Origin: Eledone cirrhosa
Lineage: Eukaryota
Direction of reading: 5' to 3'
DNA: 64,000 nt
NCBI GenBank assembly: GCA_964016885.1
Contig: OZ024740.1
Location: 137,206,001 to 137,270,000 of the forward strand
Both the position numbers and the translations under genes were made by a program. Positions 13,131 to 24,849 of the stretch are shown here, piece after piece. How positions within the stretch are numbered: position 1 is the first letter of the stretch; the number at the start of each line of letters is the position of its first letter. The notes below the pieces were generated by a model. That model was not told the origin of the DNA. It saw nothing but the letters and a program-made list of their open reading frames with translations, and ran no database searches.

Positions 13131-16100
13131 CTCCAATTCTCTCTTTCTCTTATCCATTTTCTCTCAATCTGCAATTCTCTCTTTCTTTTCTCACTTTTCC
13201 CCCAATCTCCAATTCTCTCTTTCTCTTCTCACTTTTCTCTCAATCTCCAATTCTCTCTTTCTCTTATCACCTTTCTCTCAATCTCCAATTCTCTGTTTCT
13301 CTTATCACTTTTCTCTCAATCTCCAACTCTCTCTTTCTCTTATCCCTTTTCTCTCAATCTCCAATTCTCTCTTTCTCTTCTCACTTTTCTCTCAATCTCC
13401 AATCCTCTCTTTCTGTCCTCAGTTTTCCCCCAATCTCCAATTCTCTATTTCTCTTAGCACTTTTCTCTCAATCCCCCATTCTCTCTCTCTCTTATCACTT
13501 TTCTCTCAATCTCCAATTCTCTCTTTCTCTTATCACTTTTCTCTCAAACTCCAATTCTCTCTTTCTCTCATCACATTTCTCTCAATCTCCAATTCTCTCT
13601 TTCTCTTATCAGTTTTCTCTCAATCTGCAATTCTCTCTTTCTCTTCTCACTTTTCCCCTAATCTCCAATTCTCTCTTTCTCTTATCACTTTTCTCTCAAT
13701 CTCCAATTCTCTCTTTCTCTTCTCACTTTTCCCCTAATCTCCAATTCTCTCTTTCTCTTATCACTTTTCTCTCAATCTCCAATTCTCTCTTTCTCTTATC
13801 ACCTTTCTCTCAATCTCCAATTCTCTCTTTCTGTTATCACTTTTCTCTGAATCTCCAATTCTCTCTTTCTCTTATCCATTTTCTCTCAATCTGCAATTCT
13901 CTCTTTCTTTTCTCACTTTTCCCCCAATCTCCAATTCTCTCTTTCTCTTCACACTTTTCCCCCAATCTCCAATTCTCTCTTTCTCTTCACACTTTTCCCC
14001 CAATCTCCAATTCTCTCTTTCTCTTCTCACTTTTCTCTCAATCTCCAGTTCTCTCTTTCTCTTATCACTTTTCTCTCAATCTCCAATCCTCTCTTTCTCT
14101 TATCACTTTTCTCTCAATCACTTTTCTCTCCATCTCCAATTCTCTCTTTCTCTTATCACTTTTCTCTCAATCTCCAATTCTCTCTTTCTCTTATCACTTT
14201 TCTCTCAATCCCCAATTCTCTCTTTCTCTTATCACTTTCCTCTCAATCTCCAATACTCTCTTTCTCTTCTCACTTTTCCCCCCAATCTCCAATTCTCTCT
14301 TTCTCTTATCACTTTTCTCTCAATCTCCAATTCTCTCTTTCTCTTATCACTTTTCTCTCAATCTCCAACTCTCTCTTTCTCTTATCCCTTTTCTCTCAAT
14401 CTCCAATTATCTCTTTCTCTTATCACTTTTCTCTCAATCTCCAATTCTCTCTTTCTCTTCTCATTTTTCCCCAATCTCCAATACTCTTTTTCTCTTTACA
14501 CTTTTCCCCAACCTCCAATTCTCTCTTTCTCTTATCACTTTTCTCTCAATCTCCAATTCTCTCTTTCCTTTCTCACTTTTCTCTCAATCTCCAATTCTCT
14601 CTTTCTCTTCTCACTTTTCTCTCAATCTCCAATCCTCTCTTTCTGTTCTCAGTTTTCCCCAAATCTCCAATTCTCTCTTTCTCTTATCACTTTTCTCTCA
14701 ATCTCCCATTCTCTCTCTCTCTTATCACTTTTCTCTCAATCTCCAATTCTCTCTTTCTCTTATCCATTTTCTCTCAATCTGCAATTCTCTCTTTCTTTTC
14801 TCACTTTTCCCCCAATCTCCAATTCTCTCTTTCTCTTCACACTTTTCCCCCAATCTCCAATTCTCTCATTCTCTTCTCACTTTTCTCTCAATCTCCAATC
14901 CTCTCTTTCTGTTCTCAGTTTTCCCCCAATCTCCAATTCTCTATTTCTCTTAGCACTTTTCTCTCAATCCCCCATTCTCTCCCTCTCTTATCACTTTTCT
15001 CTCAATCTCCAATTCTCTCTTTCTCTTATCACTTTTCTCTCAATCTCCAATTCTCTCTTTCTCTTATCACTTTTCTCTCAATCTTCAATTCTCTCTTTCT
15101 CTTATCAGTTTTCTCTCAATCTGCAATTCTCTCTTTCTCTTATCACTTTTCTCTCAATCTCCAATTCTCTCTTTCTCTTCTCACTTTTCCCCTAATCTCC
15201 AATTCTCTCTTTCTCTTATCACTTTTCTCTCAATCTCCAATTCTCTCTTTCTCTTATCACTTTTCCCTCAATCTCCAATTCTCTCTTTCTCTCATCCATT
15301 TTCTCTCAATCTGCAATACTCTCTTTCTTTTCTCAATTTTCCCCCAATCTCCAATTCTCTCTTTCTCTTCACACTTTTCCCCCAATCTCCAATTCTCTCA
15401 TTCTCTTCACACTTTTCCCCCAATCTCCAATTCTCTCTTTCTCTTCTCACTTTTCTCTCAATCTCCAATCCTCTCTTTCTGTTCTCAGTTTTCCCCCAAT
15501 CTCCAATTCTCTATTTCTCTTAGCACTTTTCTCTCTATCCCCCATTCTCTCTCTCTCTTATCACTTTTCTCTTAATCTCCAATTCTCTCTTTCTCTTCTC
15601 ACTTTTCTCTCAATCTCCAATTCTCTCTTTCTCTTATCACTTTTCTCTCAATCTCCACTTCTCTCTTTCTCTTATCACTTTTCTCTCAATCTCCAATTCT
15701 CTCTTTCTCTTATCAGTTTTCTCTCAATCTGCAATTCTCTCTTTCTCTTATCACTTTTCTCTCAATCTCCAATTCTCTCTTTCTCTTCTCACTTTTCCCC
15801 TAAACTCCAATTCTCTCTTTCTCTTATCACTTTTCTCTCAATCTCCAATTCTCTCTTTCTCTTATCACTTTTCTGTCAATCTCAATTCTCTCTTTCTCTT
15901 ATCACTTTTCTCTCAATCTCCAATTCTCTCTTTCTCTTATCCATTTTCTCTCAATCTGCAATTCTCTCTTTCTTTTCTCACTTTTCCCCCAATCTCCAAT
16001 TCTCTCTTTCTCTTCACACTTTTCCCCCAATCTCCAATTCTCTCTTTCTCTTCACACTTTTCCCCCAATCTCCAATTCTCTCTTTCTCTTCTCACTTTTC

Positions 16101-19100
16101 TCTCAATCTCCAATTCTCTCTTTCTCTCATCACTTTTCTCTCAATCTCCAATTCTTTCTTTCTGTTATCACTTTTCTCTCAATCTCCAACTCTCTCTTTC
16201 TCTTATCCCTTTTCTCTCAATCTCCAATTCTCTCTTTCTCTTCTCACTTTTCTCTCAATCTCCAATACTCTCTTTCTGTTCTCAGTTTTCCCCCAATCTC
16301 CAATTCTCTATTTCTCTTAGCACTTTTCTCTCAATCCCCCATTCTCTCTCTCTCTTATCACTTTTCTCTCAATCTCCAATTCTCTCTTTCTCTTATCACT
16401 TTTCTCTCAAACTCCAATTCTCTCTTTCTCTCATCACATTTCTCTCAATCTCCAATTCTCTCTTTCTCTTATCAGTTTTCTCTCAATCTCCAATTCTCTC
16501 TTTCTCTTCTCACTTTTCCGCCAATCTCCAATTCTCTCTTTCTCTTATCACTTTTCTCTCAATCTCCAATTCTCTCTTTCTCTTATCACTTTTCTCTCAA
16601 TCTCCAATTCTCTCTTTCTCTTATCACTTTTCTCTCAATCTCCAATTCTCTCTTTCTCTTATCACTTTTCTCTCAATCTTCAATTCTCTCTTTCTCTTAT
16701 CAGTTTTCTCTCAATCTGCAATTCTCTCTTTCTCTTATCACTTTTCTCTCAATCTCCAATTCTCTCTTTCTCTTCTCACTTTTCCCCTAATCTCCAATTC
16801 TCTCTTTCTCTTATCACTTTTCTCTCAATCTCCAATTCTCTCTTTCTCTTCTCACTTTTCTCTCAATCTCCAATTCTCTCTTTCTCTTATCACTTTTCTC
16901 TCAATCTCCAAATCTCTCTTTCTCTTATCACTTTTCTCTCAATCTCAATTCTCTCTTTCTCTTATCACTTTTCTCTCAATCTCCAATTCTCTCTTTCTCT
17001 TATCCATTTTCTCTCAATCTGCAATTCTCTCTTTCTTTTCTCACTTTTCCCCCAATCTCCAATTCTCTCTTTCTCTTCTCACTTTTCTCTCAATCTCCAA
17101 TTCTCTCTTTCTCTTATCACCTTTCTCTCAATCTCCAATTCTCTGTTTCTCTTATCACTTTTCTCTCAATCTCCAACTCTCTCTTTCTCTTATCCCTTTT
17201 CTCTCAATCTCCAATTCTCTCTTTCTCTTCTCACTTTTCTCTCAATCTCCAATCCTCTCTTTCTGTCCTCAGTTTTCCCCCAATCTCCAATTCTCTATTT
17301 CTCTTAGCACTTTTCTCTCAATCCCCCATTCTCTCTCTCTCTTATCACTTTTCTCTCAATCTCCAATTCTCTCTTTCTCTTATCACTTTTCTCTCAAACT
17401 CCAATTCTCTCTTTCTCTCATCACATTTCTCTCAATCTCCAATTCTCTCTTTCTCTTATCAGTTTTCTCTCAATCTGCAATTCTCTCTTTCTCTTCTCAC
17501 TTTTCCCCTAATCTCCAATTCTCTCTTTCTCTTATCACTTTTCTCTCAATCTCCAATTCTCTCTTTCTCTTCTCACTTTTCCCCTAATCTCCAATTCTCT
17601 CTTTCTCTTATCACTTTTCTCTCAATCTCCAATTCTCTCTTTCTCTTATCACCTTTCTCTCAATCTCCAATTCTCTCTTTCTGTTATCACTTTTCTCTGA
17701 ATCTCCAATTCTCTCTTTCTCTTATCCATTTTCTCTCAATCTGCAATTCTCTCTTTCTTTTCTCACTTTTCCCCCAATCTCCAATTCTCTCTTTCTCTTC
17801 ACACTTTTCCCCCAATCTCCAATTCTCTCTTTCTCTTCACACTTTTCCCCCAATCTCCAATTCTCTCTTTCTCTTCTCACTTTTCTCTCAATCTCCAGTT
17901 CTCTCTTTCTCTTATCACTTTTCTCTCAATCTCCAATCCTCTCTTTCTCTTATCACTTTTCTCTCAATCACTTTTCTCTCCATCTCCAATTCTCTCTTTC
18001 TCTTATCACTTTTCTCTCAATCTCCAATTCTCTCTTTCTCTTATCACTTTTCTCTCAATCCCCAATTCTCTCTTTCTCTTATCACTTTCCTCTCAATCTC
18101 CAATACTCTCTTTCTCTTCTCACTTTTCCCCCCAATCTCCAATTCTCTCTTTCTCTTATCACTTTTCTCTCAATCTCCAATTCTCTCTTTCTCTTATCAC
18201 TTTTCTCTCAATCTCCAACTCTCTCTTTCTCTTATCCCTTTTCTCTCAATCTCCAATTATCTCTTTCTCTTATCACTTTTCTCTCAATCTCCAATTCTCT
18301 CTTTCTCTTCTCATTTTTCCCCAATCTCCAATACTCTTTTTCTCTTTACACTTTTCCCCAACCTCCAATTCTCTCTTTCTCTTATCACTTTTCTCTCAAT
18401 CTCCAATTCTCTCTTTCCTTTCTCACTTTTCTCTCAATCTCCAATTCTCTCTTTCTCTTCTCACTTTTCTCTCAATCTCCAATCCTCTCTTTCTGTTCTC
18501 AGTTTTCCCCAAATCTCCAATTCTCTCTTTCTCTTATCACTTTTCTCTCAATCTCCCATTCTCTCTCTCTCTTATCACTTTTCTCTCAATCTCCAATTCT
18601 CTCTTTCTCTTATCCATTTTCTCTCAATCTGCAATTCTCTCTTTCTTTTATCACTTTTCCCCCAATCTCCAATTCTCTCTTTCTCTTCACACTTTTCCCC
18701 CAATCTCCAATTCTCTCATTCTCTTCTCACTTTTCTCTCAATCTCCAATCCTCTCTTTCTGTTCTCAGTTTTCCCCCAATCTCCAATTCTCTATTTCTCT
18801 TAGCACTTTTCTCTCAATCCCCCATTCTCTCCCTCTCTTATCACTTTTCTCTCAATCTCCAATTCTCTCTTTCTCTTATCACTTTTCTCTCAATCTCCAA
18901 TTCTCTCTTTCTCTTATCACTTTTCTCTCAATCTTCAATTCTCTCTTTCTCTTATCAGTTTTCTCTCAATCTGCAATTCTCTCTTTCTCTTATCACTTTT
19001 CTCTCAATCTCCAATTCTCTCTTTCTCTTCTCACTTTTCCCCTAATCTCCAATTCTCTCTTTCTCTTATCACTTTTCTCTCAATCTCCAATTCTCTCTTT

Positions 19101-20700
19101 CTCTTATCACTTTTCCCTCAATCTCCAATTCTCTCTTTCTCTCATCCATTTTCTCTCAATCTGCAATACTCTCTTTCTTTTCTCAATTTTCCCCCAATCT
19201 CCAATTCTCTCTTTCTCTTCACACTTTTCCCCCAATCTCCAATTCTCTCATTCTCTTCACACTTTTCCCCCAATCTCCAATTCTCTCTTTCTCTTCTCAC
19301 TTTTCTCTCAATCTCCAATCCTCTCTTTCTGTTCTCAGTTTTCCCCCAATCTCCAATTCTCTATTTCTCTTAGCACTTTTCTCTCTATCCCCCATTCTCT
19401 CTCTCTCTTATCACTTTTCTCTTAATCTCCAATTCTCTCTTTCTCTTCTCACTTTTCTCTCAATCTCCAATTCTCTCTTTCTCTTATCACTTTTCTCTCA
19501 ATCTCCAATTCTCTCTTTCTCTTATCACTTTTCTCTCAATCTCCAATTCTCTCTTTCTCTTATCAGTTTTCTCTCAATCTGCAATTCTCTCTTTCTCTTA
19601 TCACTTTTCTCTCAATCTCCAATTCTCTCTTTCTCTTCTCACTTTTCCCCTAAACTCCAATTCTCTCTTTCTCTTATCACTTTTCTCTCAATCTCCAATT
19701 CTCTCTTTCTCTTATCACTTTTCGGTCAATCTCAATTCTCTCTTTCTCTTATCACTTTTCTCTCAATCTCCAATTCTCTCTTTCTCTTATCCATTTTCTC
19801 TCAATCTGCAATTCTCTCTTTCTTTTCTCACTTTTCCCCCAATCTCCAATTCTCTCTTTCTCTTCACACTTTTCCCCCAATCTCCAATTCTCTCTTTCTC
19901 TTCACACTTTTCCCCCAATCTCCAATTCTCTCTTTCTCTTCTCACTTTTCTCTCAATCTCCAATTCTCTCTTTCTCTCATCACTTTTCTCTCAATCTCCA
20001 ATTCTTTCTTTCTGTTATCACTTTTCTCTCAATCTCCAACTCTCTCTTTCTCTTATCCCTTTTCTCTCAATCTCCAATTCTCTCTTTCTCTTCTCACTTT
20101 TCTCTCAATCTCCAATACTCTCTTTCTGTTCTCAGTTTTCCCCCAATCTCCAATTCTCTATTTCTCTTAGCACTTTTCTCTCAATCCCCCATTCTCTCTC
20201 TCTCTTATCACTTTTCTCTCAATCTCCCATTCTCTCTTTCTCTTATCACTTTTCTCTCAAACTCCAATTCTCTCTTTCTCTCATCACATTTCTCTCAATC
20301 TCCAATTCTCTCTTTCTCTTATCAGTTTTCTCTCAATCTCCAATTCTCTCTTTCTCTTCTCACTTTTCCCCCAATCTCCAATTCTCTCTTTCTCTTATCA
20401 CTTTTCTCTCAATCTCCAATTCTCTCTTTCTCTTATCACTTTTCTCTCAATCTCCAATTCTCTCTTTCTCTTATCACTTTTCTCTCAATCTCCAATTCTC
20501 TCTTTCTCTTATCACTTTTCTCTCAATCTTCAATTCTCTCTTTCTCTTATCAGTTTTCTCTCAATCTGCAATTCTCTCTTTCTCTTATCACTTTTCTCTC
20601 AATCTCCAATTCTCTCTTTCTCTTCTCACTTTTCCCCTAATCTCCAATTCTCTCTTTCTCTTATCACTTTTCTCTCAATCTCCAATTCTCTCTTTCTCTT
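12958..20700. repeat. Higher-order tandem duplication, period 3850 bp (~101 monomers), 2 near-identical copies
   Basis: TTCTGTCCTC 13411/17261, ATACTCTTTT 14481/18331, CTTAATCTCC 15571/19421 and TAAACTCCAA 15801/19651 are all offset by 3850. Confidence 0.93.
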
Positions 20701-23700
20701 ATCACTTTTCTCTCAATCTCCAATTCTCTCTTTCTCTCATCCATTTTCTCTCAATCTGCAATACTCTCTTTCTTTTCTCAATTTTCCCCCAATCTCCAAT
20801 TCTCTCTTTCTCTTCACACTTTTCCCCCAATCTCCAATTCTCTCATTCTCTTCACACTTTTCCCCCAATCTCCAATTCTCTCTTTCTCTTCTCACTTTTC
20901 TCTCAATCTCCAATCCTCTCTTTCTGTTCTCAGTTTTCCCCCAATCTCCAATTCTCTATTTCTCTTAGCACTTTTCTCTCTATCCCCCATTCTCTCTCTC
21001 TCTTATCACTTTTCTCTCAATCTCCAATTCTCTCTTTCTCTTCTCACTTTTCTCTCAAGCTCCAATTCTCTCTTTCTCTTATCACTTTTCTCTCAATCTC
21101 CAATTCTCTCTTTCTCTTATCACTTTTCTCTCAATCTCCAATTCTCTCTTTCTCTTATCAGTTTTCTCTCAATCTGCAATTCTCTCTTTCTCTTATCACT
21201 TTTCTCTCAATCTCCAATTCTCTCTTTCTCTTCTCACTTTTCCCCTAATCTCCAATTCTCTCTTTCTCTTATCACTTTTCTCTCAATCTCCAATTCTCTC
21301 TTTCTCTTATCACTTTTCTCTCAATCTCAATTCCCTCTTTCTCTTATCACTTTTCTCTCAATCTCCAATTCTCTCTTTCTCTTATCCATTTTCTCTCAAT
21401 CTGCAATTCTCTCTTTCTCTTCTCACTTTCCCCCAATCTCCAATTCTCGCTTTCTTTTCACACTTTTCCCCCAATCTCCAATTCTCTCTTTCTCTTCACA
21501 CTTTTCCCCCAATCTCCAATTCTCTCTTTCTCTTCTCACTTTTCTCTCAATCTCCAATTCTCTCTTTCTCTTATCACTTTTCTCTCAATCTCCAATTCTT
21601 TCTTTCTCTTATCACTTTTCTCTCAATCTCCAACTCTCTCTTTCTCTTATCCCTTTTCTCTCAATCTCCAATTCTCTCTTTCTCTTCTCACTTTTCTCTC
21701 AATCTCCAATACTCTCTTTCTGTTCTCAGTTTTCTCTCAATCTCCAATTCTCTATTTCTCTTAGCACTTTTCTCTCAATCCCCCATTCTCTCTCTCTCTT
21801 ATCACTTTTCTCTCAATCTCCAATTCTCTCTTTCTCTTATCACTTTTCTCTCAAACTCCAATTCTCTCTTTCTCTCATCACATTTCTCTCAATCTCCAAT
21901 TCTCTCTTTCTCTTATCAGTTTTCTCTCAATCTCCAATTCTCTCTTTCTCTTCTCACTTTTCCCCCAATCTCCAATTCTCTCTTTCTCTTATCACTTTTC
22001 TCTCAATCTCCAATTCTCTCTTTCTCTTATCACTTTTCTCTCAATCTCCAATTCTCTCTTTCTCTTATCACTTTTCTCTCAATCTCCAACTCTCTCTTTC
22101 TCTTATCCCTTTTCTCTCAATCTCCAATTATCTCTTTCTCTTATCACTTTTCTCTCAATCTCCAATTCTCTCTTTCTCTTCTCATTTTCCCCCAATCTCC
22201 AATTCTCTTTTTCTCTTTACACTTTTCCCCAACCTCCAATTCTCTCTTTCTCTTATCACTTATCTCTCAATCTCCAATTCTCTCTTTCCCTTCTCACTTT
22301 TCTCTCAATCTCCAATTCTCTCTTTCTCTTCTCACTTTTCTCTCAATCTCCAATCCTCTCTTTCTGTTCTCAGTTTTCCCCAAATCTCCAATTCTCTCTT
22401 TCTCTTATCACTTTTCTCTCAATCTCCCATTCTCTCTCTCTCTTATCACTTTTCTCTCAATCTCCAATTCTCTCTTTCTCTTATCCATTTTCTTTCAATC
22501 TGCAATTCTCTCTTTCTTTTCTCACTTTTCCCCCAATCTCCAATTCTCTCTTTCTCTTCACACTTTTCCCCCAATCTCCAATTCTCTCATTCTCTTCTCA
22601 CTTTTCTCTCAATCTCCAATCCTCTCTTTCTGTTCTCAGTTTTCCCCCAATCTCCAATTCTCTATTTCTCTTAGCACTTTTCTCTCAATCCCCCATTCTC
22701 TCCCTCTCTTATCACTTTTCTCTCAATCTCCAATTCTCTCTTTCTCTTATCACTTTTCTCTCAATCTCCAATTCTCTCTTTCTCTTATCACTTTTCTCTC
22801 AATCTCCAATTCTCTCTTTCTCTTATCAGTTTTCTCTCAATCTGCAATTCTCTCTTTCTCTTATCACTTTTCTCTCAATCTCCAATTCTCTCTTTCTCTT
22901 CTCACTTTTCCCCTAATCTCCAATTCTCTCTTTCTCTTATCACTTTTCTCTCAATCTCCAATTCTCTCTTTCTCTTATCACTTTTCTCTCAATCTCCAAT
23001 TCTCTCTTTCTCTCATCCATTTTCTCTCAATCTGCAATTCTCTCTTTCTTTTCTCACTTTTCCCCCAATCTCCAATTCTCTCTTTCTCTTCACACTTTTC
23101 CCCCAATCTCCAATTCTCTCATTCTCTTCACACTTTTCCCCCAATCTCCAATTCTCTCTTTCTCTTCTCACTTTTCTCTCAATCTCCAATCCTCTCTTTC
23201 TGTTCTCAGTTTTCCCCCAATCTCCAATTCTCTATTTCTCTTATCACTTTTCTCTCAATCTCCATTTCTCTCTTTCTCTTATCACTTTTCTCTCAATCTC
23301 AATTCTCTCTTTCTCTAATCACTTTTCTCTCAATCTCCAATTCTCTCTTTCTCTTATCCATTTTCTCTCAATCTGCAATTCTCTCTTTCTTTTCTCACTT
23401 TTCCCCCAATCTCCAATTCTCTCTTTCTCTTCACACTTTTCCCCCAATCTCCAATTCTCTCTTTCTCTTCACACTTTTCCCCCAATCTCCAATTCTCTCT
23501 TTCTCTTCTCACTTTTCTCTCAATCTCCAATTCTCTCTTTCTCTTATCACTTTTCTCTCAATCTCCAATTCTTTCTTTCTCTTATCACTTTTCTCTCAAT
23601 CTCCAACTCTTTCTTTCTCTTATCCCTTTTCTCTCAATCTCCAATTCTCTCTTTCTCTTCTCACTTTTCTCTCAATCTCCAATCCTCTCTTTCTGTTCTC

Positions 23701-24849
23701 AGTTTTCCCCCAATCTCCAATTCTCTATTTCTCTTAGCACTTTTCTCTCAATCCCCCATTCTCTCTCTCTCTTATCACTTTTCTCTCAATCTCCAATTCT
23801 CTCTTTCTCTTATCACTTTTCTCTCAAACTCCAATTCTCTCTTTCTCTCATCACATTTCTCTCAATCTCCAATTCTCTCTTTCTCTTATCAGTTTTCTCT
23901 CAATCTGCAATTCTCTCTTTCTCTTATCACTTTTCTCTCAATCTCCAATTCTCTCTTTCTCTTCTCACTTTTCCCCTAATCTCCAATTCTCTCTTTCTCT
24001 TATCACTTTTCTCTCAATCTCCAATTCTCTCTTTCTCTTATCACCTTTCTCTCAATCTCCAATTCTCTCTTTCTGTTATCACTTTTCTCTGAATCTCCAA
24101 TTCTCTCTTTCTCTTATCCATTTTCTCTCAATCTGCAATTCTCTCTTTATTTTCTCACTTTTCCCCCAATCTCCAATTCTCTCTTTCTCTTCACACTTTT
24201 CCCCCAATCTCCAATTCTCTCTTTCTCTTCACACTTTTCCCCCACTCTCCAATTCTCTCTTTCTCTTCTCACTTTTCTCTCAATCTCCAGTTCTCTCTTT
24301 CTCTTATCACTTTTCTCTCAATCTCCAATCCTCTCTTTCTCTTATCACTTTTCTCTCAATCTCCAATTCTCTCTTTCTCTTATCACTTTTCTCTCAATCT
24401 CCCATTCTCTCTTTCTCTTATCACTTTCCTCTCAATCTCCAATTCTCTCTTTCTCTTCTCACTTTTCCCCCAATCTCCAATTCTCTCTTTCTCTTATCAC
24501 TTTTCTCTCAATCTCCAATTCTCTCTTTCTCTTATCACTTTTCTCTCAATCTCCAATTCTCCCTTTCTCTTATCACTTTTCTCTCAATCTCCAACTCTCT
24601 CTTTCTCTTATCCCTTTTCTCTCAATCTCCAATTATCTCTTTCTCTTATCACTTTTCTCTCAATCTCCAATTCTCTCTTTCTCTTCTCATTTTCCCCAAT
24701 CTCCAATTCTCTTTTTCTCTTATCCATTTTCTCTCAATCTGCAATTCTCTCTTTCTTTTCTCACTTTTCCCCCAATCTCCAATTCTCTCTTTCTCTTCAC
24801 ACTTTTCCCCCAATCTCCAATTCTCTCATTCTCTTCACACTTTTCCCCA

